DNA of 64,000 nt from Candidatus Cloacimonadales bacterium (GTDB taxonomy: Bacteria > Cloacimonadota > Cloacimonadia > Cloacimonadales > JAIOQZ01): NCBI GenBank assembly GCA_963662655.2, contig CAXXTU010000002.1:2528001-2592000 (forward strand), read 5' to 3'. The notes under the pieces are model-generated. The model worked only from the letters and a program-made list of their open reading frames with translations. It was not told the origin of the DNA and did no database searches. Shown one piece after another: positions 10,173 through 18,048 of this stretch (its first letter is position 1; each line of letters opens with the position of its first letter). The position numbers and the translations under genes are program-made.

Positions 10173-10442
10173 TTATAATTGATTTGATTGATAAAAACGG
10201 GAGAGCTCTTTTCTGACTTCTTCTGGAAGTGAGTGCCATCGGACTCTGCGAACCGCTCCTTCGAGGGCATACAGCTTGGTCAGGCAGGCATCGGGGTCTA
10301 TCGCTCTGATTTGTATAAACGCACGACGACTGCCCAGGCGATCCAGATCCTCGCGGCTCTCGATACCTGCTCGTATCAAGATTTCTTCCAGTTTTCTGCC
10401 AATGTTAGGCAAGCTTTGCAGTTTCCCCATCAATTTCCCCAT
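10173..10442 (-). CDS. TfoX/Sxy C-terminal domain protein
   Basis: LPNIG..LE..L..AGI...L..LG...KLYALEGA....W..L pattern. The start is ambiguous because of a 12-bp duplication encoding MGKL-MGKL. Confidence 0.8.
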   Translation of the reverse strand: MGKLMGKLQSLPNIGRKLEEILIRAGIESREDLDRLGSRRAFIQIRAIDPDACLTKLYALEGAVRRVRWHSLPEEVRKELSRFYQSNQL

Positions 10443-10585
10443 TGAGTATAATTTCTTATCTTGCCATCGTACATGGAATTGTCAATAAAAAGATTATCTG
10501 CGCATACCAATAATGATTAGCCATTCAGTATCGCATTCCCTTGATACTGTCGTATAATCATTTCGTTCATCGAGAGTTTGGCTTC

Positions 10586-13015
10586 CTACTCCCACCTCGG
10601 TTTTCCGTCCACGCGCTTCCAGGCCGGCGACAGCCGTACGAGCGAGCGGATGAGGAAGGAGGAATCGTCCCGAAGATCGCGAAGTATCATACGGGTTTGT
10701 GCCGTGTTGATCACTCGCAATCCTTTTGCTGCGATTACCCGGAGTTTTTCCGAGTCGTTCGCGGAGTATTCCTGGAGGATATCGATACTGCGTTCGCACT
10801 TCAATCCGCCGATGGACGCCAGAACGCGCGGAACGTACTTTTTCTGTTCCAGTAGCACGTACAGCGAATCCACCCAAAGTGTATCCTCCGATTCACTGAT
10901 CAGGGCGATCGTGTTCTTGGCGATAAGGCTGTCCGGACTGTGCAATCCGCGCGAGAAATACGGCTTGAGCGCATCCGAATCTTCCACGAACTTCGAGATT
11001 GCCCGATAGACAAGACCGCTTTTGGAGTTCATGCGGTTGTTGAATATATATTCCGCGGCTTCTTCTTCACGCTGTAGAAGGTATTCTCCAGCCACTTCCA
11101 CTCGCATCGCGCTGCTCCCCACGCCCCACTCGGACGCGGCAGCGAAGATTACCGAGATATCCGCGAGCGAATCGACCAGCGCGGCCTGTTCCTCGGCTTC
11201 TTCTTCCAGCGGAGTGGGCGGTTCAACCAGGGCGATGTCCCTGCCCAAGCCCCAGGTGCCTTTCACCCAGGTCGTGTCGTCCCTGGCATACTCGACGCTG
11301 TAGCGATCCTTTCCTCCGGTGTCGAGAAAAATACCGATCCCTCCGCAACCTCTCGATGAATTGGCGAAACCATAATTGCTGTCGAAATCACGCGCGTATT
11401 CGTCATCACCCCACACATCGAGGAATACGCCAACCGAGTTGGTGAGGCCCAGGCCGTTTCCACCCTCGACGCCGTAGTAGTCGTTGCCGCCGCGGTCGAT
11501 CATGAAGCCGACACCGTAATCGTGTCCCGCTCCCTGGCCGGGGCCGTGCTTGGAGTAGTAATGGTCCTCACCCGCGCCGTCGAAAAGAAATCCCCCGGCG
11601 AGGTGAATCCCGCTCCCCTGCGGGTAGTACACGGCATCGTAATAATCGTTGCCGTCGTTATCGATAATCATGCCCAAAGCGTACCAGTAGGCTACCGCCT
11701 GCGCATAAACGCCACCCTGATAGACGTCGTTTCCGTGGTTGTCGTGAATGATGCCGATTCCACCCGCGATATCGGGACGCATCCCAAAGCCGAAGCCTTG
11801 CGACAGGCTCCGGAAATCGAACGGGGCGAGTGGTGCGTGGTAGTATTTACCGCCGGCGTAATACATGTCTGCGCCATCCCGATCAATGAGCATTCCCGCT
11901 GCCAGAGGTCCGGCGAATCCCTCACCGTACTGCGTAGCGCTGTACCGGTCGTCACCGGCATCTTCTATCTGGAGACAAATACCGTAACTCGCGGCTCCCA
12001 ACGAATGCAAGCCGCACTCGTAGAGGTCGTTTCCGTTTTCATCCTCATAGATGCCGTAACCGAAGGACGCGCTCATCGTCATATCGGATCCGCGGTATGT
12101 GTCATCACCCCCTGCGTCCAGGAAGCGGCTCAGACCCATAACGGCGCTGAAAAGGCCGCCAACGTTCCGGTTCTCGTAGTAATCGTTACCCGCCAGATCG
12201 ATAATCCAGCAGAAAGGCTGCTTCGGGTCAGCATACAAGTCTGCACGATAAGTATCGTCGCCACCCGGATCGATAATCAGGGCGTAACGCCCTTCATAGA
12301 AATCATTTGCAGCACTTCCAATCTTCATCAGACCCCAAGGCGTCTTTTTTTCCCGGGGACGGAAATCGTCCCGCTTCACAATATCGCATAAAATGGAAAA
12401 ATCCTTCTCGAAAGCGATCGCCGCTCTGCTCAATGATGCGAAATCGACTTTTTCGATCAACGCAATCAGACTGTCGGAATCGATTGGCGCATTCTCTTCC
12501 AGTCCACGCAGATCAAATGCTTTCCGGTAGTCGAGTGAATCGCTGCTCTCCTCCCAAAGGCTCAGCGCGATTGCCTCGAGCTGCTTACGTTCCGCTTTGT
12601 TGAGCGCGCTCCACACCTGCTGGTACTCGCGAGAGATCGTATCCCAGCTATGAATGGTGTAATCGATGGGATCGTCCGTTTTATAGTCGGAGGAGAAATC
12701 GCTGAGGCTGCAATCGCAATCGTAGATAATCTGTGAGAATCTCAACAGCAAATCGACTGGAGTGGCACTCTTAACCAGCGTATCGATTTCCGCTACGAAC
12801 TCGGGGAACATGAATGGTTTGTTCAGGATGTCGACGACCAAAGGAATCTTGAATCGGGTATCCGAATCCCAATCTTTAAGGAAATCGGTCGAAAGACTGT
12901 CCAGATCGTTGTCGATCAACATCTCGCGCATCATTGTGCGCTCGGATGGTGTTATAATTACCGCTCCAAGAACAGAAATAAAGAGTACTACTGCGATCAT
13001 CGAGAGGGTTTTCAT
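10586..13015 (-). CDS. Secreted protein with ~12 DxxGxDxY repeats and a C-terminal HEAT-like region
   Basis: Signal peptide; repeats such as IIDPGGDDTY, IIDLAGNDYY and IDRGGNDYY; helical C-terminus. Confidence 0.8.
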   Translation of the reverse strand: MKTLSMIAVVLFISVLGAVIITPSERTMMREMLIDNDLDSLSTDFLKDWDSDTRFKIPLVVDILNKPFMFPEFVAEIDTLVKSATPVDLLLRFSQIIYDCDCSLSDFSSDYKTDDPIDYTIHSWDTISREYQQVWSALNKAERKQLEAIALSLWEESSDSLDYRKAFDLRGLEENAPIDSDSLIALIEKVDFASLSRAAIAFEKDFSILCDIVKRDDFRPREKKTPWGLMKIGSAANDFYEGRYALIIDPGGDDTYRADLYADPKQPFCWIIDLAGNDYYENRNVGGLFSAVMGLSRFLDAGGDDTYRGSDMTMSASFGYGIYEDENGNDLYECGLHSLGAASYGICLQIEDAGDDRYSATQYGEGFAGPLAAGMLIDRDGADMYYAGGKYYHAPLAPFDFRSLSQGFGFGMRPDIAGGIGIIHDNHGNDVYQGGVYAQAVAYWYALGMIIDNDGNDYYDAVYYPQGSGIHLAGGFLFDGAGEDHYYSKHGPGQGAGHDYGVGFMIDRGGNDYYGVEGGNGLGLTNSVGVFLDVWGDDEYARDFDSNYGFANSSRGCGGIGIFLDTGGKDRYSVEYARDDTTWVKGTWGLGRDIALVEPPTPLEEEAEEQAALVDSLADISVIFAAASEWGVGSSAMRVEVAGEYLLQREEEAAEYIFNNRMNSKSGLVYRAISKFVEDSDALKPYFSRGLHSPDSLIAKNTIALISESEDTLWVDSLYVLLEQKKYVPRVLASIGGLKCERSIDILQEYSANDSEKLRVIAAKGLRVINTAQTRMILRDLRDDSSFLIRSLVRLSPAWKRVDGKPRWE

Positions 13016-13050
13016 ACGTATCCATTTCCTTTATGTGAGTATGGTTTGTG

Positions 13051-13079
13051 ATTATACAAGCATACGATTTTCGCGTCAA
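13051..13079 (-). promoter_or_regulatory. Sigma70-type promoter for the 809-aa gene
   Basis: TTGACG-17 bp-TATAAT on the - strand, 36 bp upstream of the ATG. Confidence 0.75.
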
Positions 13080-13137
13080 TGAAATTTTACTCGCCGATAT
13101 CCCTTCATGCGATCGGCAAGCCTGGAACGTGCACTAT

Positions 13138-13273
13138 TCCCGCGGCCGGGGGCGGCGTAGGAAGCCCCGTTCCGGGACTTCCTGACTCCCTCTCCCTTTG
13201 GTTTCACGCCTTGAAACCAAAGGGAGAGGGAGTCGTGCGCGGAGCGCACACGCCGCCCCCGGCCGCTGAGTCG
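13138..13273 (+). repeat. Four-way-junction palindromic element, copy A
   Basis: TCCC, P1 (17 bp), P2, P3 (23 bp), P4 (GTGCGC-GGA-GCGCAC), P1', TGAGTCG. Same architecture as copies B, C and D. Confidence 0.85.
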
Positions 13274-13303
13274 TGGGAGCAATCCGGGAATGAGTTTTCT
13301 CCC

Positions 13304-13336
13304 AAAAAGAAAAGCCGGACAGAACCCTGTCCGGCT
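13304..13336 (-). terminator. Rho-independent terminator of the 745-aa gene
   Basis: AGCCGGACAG-AACC-CTGTCCGGCT with an adjacent A-tract. Confidence 0.75.
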
Positions 13337-13357
13337 GAAGAGATTATGATTAATCTA

Positions 13358-15595
13358 TTATTCGGCTGTGACTCGATAGAAGTATTTATTCGCGCCTGGA
13401 GCCGAATCGATGTAGCTGTTGTTTGTTGTCGTATCGTAAGGAGAGAATCCGGAATCGGGCAATGTTGAACGATAAACGTTGTACTGCGATGCGCCCGTAA
13501 CGGCTCCCCAGTTGATATGCATATCGCCGTCAATTTCCTCGATCACGATGTTGAGAGGCGTATCAAGCTGACCGCCGGAAACCTGCAGGGTGATCGGAAC
13601 GGTTACGTTGCCTTCATAGTCCGCGTTATGCACGATGACCAGCTCAGCGGTCTTCGTAGTTCCAGCCATGAGATCGGCGGAATCGAATCCGAGAGAGAGG
13701 TCAAGGTAATCGCGAGCGGAACCGGAAATCGTTCCACTTGAATTCGAGTTGATCGTCACCCAAGTCTCTGTCGCTTCAATCTCCAAAGCGAAGATATAAT
13801 CATTCGGAGTTCCCTGAACCATGCCAACGAGTACAAGCTTCCCATAGATGAGATCGGATGAGAACGAGCAGCCACCGGCCATCTGGTCGACACAATCGCC
13901 CACCAGCGGAGCCGTATAGGTGAGGCCCGTCAAAGCCTGAGTAACATGGTCGTATTGATAGAACGTGGTCTCGGGAGTTCCCGATTGCTCGTAGAACCAC
14001 AGTTTACCATTCACATCATCGTAAGCCATACCGTATGTAGAACTAATTCCGGGAGAAGGGATCACTTCAAGAACCGTCCCATCCGCGTTGAAGCGAACGA
14101 TGTCGCTTGCGAAACTCTTGGTGTAGAATCCATATCCCGGGACGTAAGCCAGAGCACGAATGCAGGTTACATTTCCGAATTCTGCCGCTGTGAATGTGAA
14201 CAGGACAGTCTGGGCTCCGGTAGCGGGATCAATGCGCACAAACGAAGTCTCGTTACCCGTGTAAAGGTACGTACCATCGTATGCGAGATCGCGATATCCC
14301 CAACCTGTCGAGGTTGCATCCTGTTCATAAGAGGCAATAAGGTTTCCTTGTCGATCAAGCTTGTAGACGTAATTCGGGTCGCTGTCGCTACCAGCACCAG
14401 TCGCCCAGAAATATCCGTTGACATACTCAACGCCGAGTAATTGGGTCTCGGAAGTTGGTGTTTGTGCATCAAGATCGAACACGACATCCCCAAGCTCTCT
14501 GGAAATCGTTGGGTTGGCTGAAACCGTCGGAGACGAATCGTTACGCGTGTTCGTGTTCATTCGCATACTCGATGACCATGCGTTTTGATTGAACTCACGG
14601 ACAGGCTGCATGAAATTGAGGTAGGCATGATACTCGAGATCGCCTGGCCCGTCGTTCGTTATCCGTATCGATTGAGACGAGGTCTGATCCACTGCCAGCG
14701 TCTCGTTCACATAAGTAGGATTTGTTTCGATTTCGGCCCATTTGAGGTAGAAATTCTGTACCGTTGTTTGATCTTCCGTAACGGTCACGATTGTTCCTTC
14801 ACTGAAATACGCAGAACCATCGGGAGCATAACACGCAACACCGTAATCGCCGACATAGATATCGTTGAATTCGTAGTATCCTTGCGCATTCGTGAGAGTT
14901 TCCTGTGTTCCGATACTCATCGTCGCGTTTTCAAGCGGTGTTGTTGATCCGTAAGCATAAACGTTACCTTGAATGTTTCCGGTAGCGGCCTCGGGCGCAT
15001 CGGCATAGATACGAGTAATCAATTCATAAGCTGCAGTACCTGTATCGTAATATGCCCAGTTCCCCGCTTCACCAACAACCGTGTGAATTGTCGCACCCGT
15101 TCCACGGTTTGTTGAAAGGCTTGAAGGGTGCCCGCTTGCATCCGCAGGGACAATCGCTACAATAAAATCATCATTTACCACCAATGGAGTTCTAAGCTCA
15201 TGAATCGTTTCGGTCGGGTATCTCTCTGCTTCAATTCCGAGTGTCTGATATAGAATGGTTGTTCCATCTGAGTCATAGATCCTGAAGTAAAATGTATCAT
15301 CTGGCCATGGATAGCTGGAATGTTCGTAGAAATAGTGTCCAATCGAAGAGATTGTGACAGGATAGGCCAGTCCGAAATCTGTTGTCATTTGAAAGATTGT
15401 ACCACGTTCAGGTGTTGGCCAGTTAAGGTTGGTCATTTCGGAAACGACAGCATACGAATACCATTGTGGATCTCGATCCATTTCTTGCGATGGTCGCTGG
15501 TCAAGGTCAATATCTGATATTGGCGCTTCCGTAACGGCACTCACAAAAGAGACCAGAACAAAACATAACATGAAAAAAGCAAATGACCTTTTCAT
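13358..15595 (-). CDS. Secreted multidomain protein (carboxypeptidase-regulatory-like domain, beta-propeller, C-terminal FN3-like domain)
   Basis: GGAGG RBS, signal peptide, GNIQGNV...TNAQGYYEF. The propeller and C-terminal domain are clearly similar to those of the S8 protein. Confidence 0.85.
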   Translation of the reverse strand: MKRSFAFFMLCFVLVSFVSAVTEAPISDIDLDQRPSQEMDRDPQWYSYAVVSEMTNLNWPTPERGTIFQMTTDFGLAYPVTISSIGHYFYEHSSYPWPDDTFYFRIYDSDGTTILYQTLGIEAERYPTETIHELRTPLVVNDDFIVAIVPADASGHPSSLSTNRGTGATIHTVVGEAGNWAYYDTGTAAYELITRIYADAPEAATGNIQGNVYAYGSTTPLENATMSIGTQETLTNAQGYYEFNDIYVGDYGVACYAPDGSAYFSEGTIVTVTEDQTTVQNFYLKWAEIETNPTYVNETLAVDQTSSQSIRITNDGPGDLEYHAYLNFMQPVREFNQNAWSSSMRMNTNTRNDSSPTVSANPTISRELGDVVFDLDAQTPTSETQLLGVEYVNGYFWATGAGSDSDPNYVYKLDRQGNLIASYEQDATSTGWGYRDLAYDGTYLYTGNETSFVRIDPATGAQTVLFTFTAAEFGNVTCIRALAYVPGYGFYTKSFASDIVRFNADGTVLEVIPSPGISSTYGMAYDDVNGKLWFYEQSGTPETTFYQYDHVTQALTGLTYTAPLVGDCVDQMAGGCSFSSDLIYGKLVLVGMVQGTPNDYIFALEIEATETWVTINSNSSGTISGSARDYLDLSLGFDSADLMAGTTKTAELVIVHNADYEGNVTVPITLQVSGGQLDTPLNIVIEEIDGDMHINWGAVTGASQYNVYRSTLPDSGFSPYDTTTNNSYIDSAPGANKYFYRVTAE

Positions 15596-15680
15596 TATTA
15601 CCTCCTTTGATCATTGAACAAATTTCTGAAACACAAATCATTTGCTGTCAAGAAAATCGCAGTAAAAAAACATCCGCCCA

Positions 15681-15723
15681 AAAAAGAAGCATCCTGTACA
15701 GCCCCTCACCGTACAGGATGCTT
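15681..15723 (-). terminator. Rho-independent terminator of the ECF operon
   Basis: AAGCATCCTGTAC/GTACAGGATGCTT 13-bp stem with an A-tract. Confidence 0.75.
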
Positions 15724-15739
15724 GATTATTCAGAATGGT

Positions 15740-16276
15740 TTAGAATCGGTTCTTGTGCTTTCCCGAACCTTGTTGAGCACCGGAATTCATGTGCTCTTCG
15801 CATTGTCCCTGAGGGTGCGACATTCCGCGTCCCATTCTCATTTCACCCCTCTCACCACGTGGTCCACGATGAGAGATCATTTTGAGGTATTGCGCCTTCT
15901 GCTCTTCATTCAGCTTGCTGTGAATCTGCTTCTGCATGTCCAGCCTGCCTTCCTGTAAATCAGCTTTTTTATTGCTGATTTGGCGTGACAACTTCTTTGC
16001 CTGATTGAAATCGCCGTCGTTGAGGGCTCCTTCAAGGTCCATCTCGAGCTTCTGGATATCCGCGTGGATATCGATCGTGCTTCTGCGGTGTGCAACCTGG
16101 ATATCTTCGATTTCTTCCTGCTGGGAATCCGTCAGATTCAAGCCTGCCATAAATCCACCGTGATGTGGTCCAAAAACAGGTTCTGCTTGCTCGCCAGGAT
16201 TCTCGTCATCTGCTGTAAGAAGAACAGCGAACATCATCATTGTTATTGCTATTGCGAGTGTGATATACCGATACAT
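15740..16276 (-). CDS. Spy/CpxP-family periplasmic protein
   Basis: Signal peptide; LNLTDSQQ and LNEEQK (LTxxQ) motifs; Gly/His/Arg-rich tails. Confidence 0.8.
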   Translation of the reverse strand: MYRYITLAIAITMMMFAVLLTADDENPGEQAEPVFGPHHGGFMAGLNLTDSQQEEIEDIQVAHRRSTIDIHADIQKLEMDLEGALNDGDFNQAKKLSRQISNKKADLQEGRLDMQKQIHSKLNEEQKAQYLKMISHRGPRGERGEMRMGRGMSHPQGQCEEHMNSGAQQGSGKHKNRF

Positions 16277-16288
16277 GATTCTCCTCCT

Positions 16289-16729
16289 TCAATCGGTCAA
16301 TCTTTGTGGTCTATCTTTTGGTCTGTCGTGTCTTGGATGGTCGTCTTTCATTTTGTCGAACATCATCAGACGTTGTTCCGGGGTCAGTTTCTCACGTGCA
16401 GCGATGAGCGTATTTCCAATAGTACGCTCCAGTTCCATGAGCATCCCCATTGAATACGACAACTTCTCCTGTAATTCATCGTTCGTCGTATTCGGATCCC
16501 TCAAGGCTTTCATGAAATCTTCCTTCGCTCTGCTGAAGCGGGAACGGCACATGTGAATCTCTTTACGATTTTCTTTGATCAATTCCAGAAATTCTGGATG
16601 CGGCTTCCTGGGAAAATCCGGTGGAAATGGCGGTTTCGCTATGTATCTGTGATATATGAAGGTTCCCAGAAACGCCAGGTTGAACGCGATCGATATGATC
16701 AGGAGTATTCCGGTTAAGCGCTTGCTCAT
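16289..16729 (-). CDS. Membrane-anchored periplasmic heavy-metal-sensor/Spy-like protein
   Basis: N-terminal SIAFNLAFLG helix and LTPEQR motif. Confidence 0.7.
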   Translation of the reverse strand: MSKRLTGILLIISIAFNLAFLGTFIYHRYIAKPPFPPDFPRKPHPEFLELIKENRKEIHMCRSRFSRAKEDFMKALRDPNTTNDELQEKLSYSMGMLMELERTIGNTLIAAREKLTPEQRLMMFDKMKDDHPRHDRPKDRPQRLTD

Positions 16730-17115
16730 TTTCCGCCCCCCATATCAAAGCTGTAGAGCGTTTCCGTGCCCAATGTTATATCCGTGTATTGCGTCGCGCT
16801 ACGGGAGGCCATGTCTCCGCTCATCACTACGCCCAGGAAGAACGCAGCCGCGGCCGTCAATGCGATCGATAGACGTGCAAACCAGCCAAGGCTCCGGGCG
16901 ATCTTCCCTTGGGGTATCGCCAGTATCCGCGCGATTGCTACCTGAGGTACCGGTTCCTCTTCGTACTGTGACAGAAAATCGTTAACCGAGGACAACTCCG
17001 CCAGTTCATGACGGCATTGTTCGCACTGATCCAGATGACGCCGAACCGTATCCATGTCTTTCAGTTCGCCATCCAGGTAGGCGTTCAGTTTGCTTCTGAT
17101 TTCTTCACATTTCAT
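16726..17115 (-). CDS. Zinc-finger (zf-HC2) anti-sigma factor
   Basis: C...L.AYLDGEL......HLDQCEQC (HxxxCxxC) plus a TM helix, downstream of the ECF sigma. Confidence 0.85.
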   Translation of the reverse strand: MKCEEIRSKLNAYLDGELKDMDTVRRHLDQCEQCRHELAELSSVNDFLSQYEEEPVPQVAIARILAIPQGKIARSLGWFARLSIALTAAAAFFLGVVMSGDMASRSATQYTDITLGTETLYSFDMGGGK

Positions 17116-17157
17116 CTTTCACTCCCCGGTCGATCTATCCTACCGACCGTCACATAT

Positions 17158-17667
17158 TCAGACATCGCCCCTGGCGAAATCCTGCGATAAATATTGTTTC
17201 AGTTTGCGCTTAGCTCTTATCAGCAAGGAATCTACCGCCGAAACCGTCGAATGCATGATCTCGGCAATTTCCTGATAACTTTTATTATCATAGTACTGCA
17301 AGTTAAGAGCCGACGCTTCACGTTCATTCAGTTTTCCTATAGCCTGTCTCACCTTTGCATTCTTCTCTTCCCGCATCCGCTTCTCTGGATCGAATACAAG
17401 ATCGCTCGACTCCAGAAGCTCAGGCATTTCCAATTCCGTATTCCGGCTTCTCTTCTTGATCAGATTGATCGCCTTGTTATGTGCTGTGCGATAGAGGTAC
17501 GATTCATAATATTCCTCATCCACTTTCGGCATTTTCTCGTAAAACGCGGAGAAAACCTCTTGCAAAAGGTCTTCCGCATCTTCGCGACTGCGAACCATCC
17601 GAAGCAGATAATTGAACAGCTTTTGGCTGCATGCTGAGACTACCGTCTCGAATCGATCTCTATTCAT
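17158..17667 (-). CDS. ECF RNA polymerase sigma factor
   Basis: Region 2 motifs DAEDLLQEVF and YLYRTAHN; region 4 SYQEIAEIM...V...L.RAK. Start placed at MNRDRF (GGAG RBS). Confidence 0.9.
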   Translation of the reverse strand: MNRDRFETVVSACSQKLFNYLLRMVRSREDAEDLLQEVFSAFYEKMPKVDEEYYESYLYRTAHNKAINLIKKRSRNTELEMPELLESSDLVFDPEKRMREEKNAKVRQAIGKLNEREASALNLQYYDNKSYQEIAEIMHSTVSAVDSLLIRAKRKLKQYLSQDFARGDV

Positions 17668-17817
17668 GAACACTCCGCAAACAAATACATCCCATAATCG
17701 TAAAACCTGCAATTATTTTCTTCCGATAAGTGAAATAAAACGCGAAGCTTTCTCTTTTGATTGCGTCGTCTGTCATGCACATACTTTTCGAGGTGGATAA
17801 ATTCAAGCTCTATCAAA

Positions 17818-17950
17818 CGGCTCAGCGGCGCGGCGGCGTGTGTGCTCCGCACACAGCACGTCATGGAGGTTTTTTTACTGAAAAACTCCATGACGTGCCG
17901 GGAAAGCCCAAAAAGTTGTTTTGGCTTTCCCACGCCGCCGCGGCGCGGGA
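17818..17950 (-). repeat. Four-way-junction palindromic element, copy B (inverted relative to A)
   Basis: On the - strand: TCCC, GCGCCGCGGCGGCGT, GGGAAAGCC..GGCTTTCCC, GGCACGTCATGGAG..CTCCATGACGTGCT, GTGTGC-GGA-GCACAC, ACGCCGCCGCGCCGC, TGAGCCG. Confidence 0.85.
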
Positions 17951-18048
17951 ACCGCGCCCCTCTCTCCCACCTACTGGCACACAAAACCGGAAATGATTGA
18001 CATTCACAGAAACATCCTGCAAAGTGTGAAATCACGTTTGGAGGCTAG

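Noticed and set aside
10151..10270. N-terminal extension of the 2549-aa track ORF
   Set aside because: It overlaps the TfoX-like gene, and the RBS and signal peptide point to the ATG at 10150.
10419..10442. 12-bp tandem duplication encoding MGKL-MGKL
   Set aside because: It is real but in frame and only makes the start codon ambiguous.
13138..13273. Junction elements interpreted as tRNAs, terminators or a riboswitch
   Set aside because: They lack T/D-loop motifs, a 7-nt anticodon loop and a U-tract. Copy A has a separate terminator beside it, and orientation relative to downstream genes is inconsistent.
13076..13533. Short ORFs over the junction elements (also at 17664-18035, 55151-55423 and 60440-60637)
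   Set aside because: These are chance open frames in GC-rich palindromes with no RBS and no protein-like composition.
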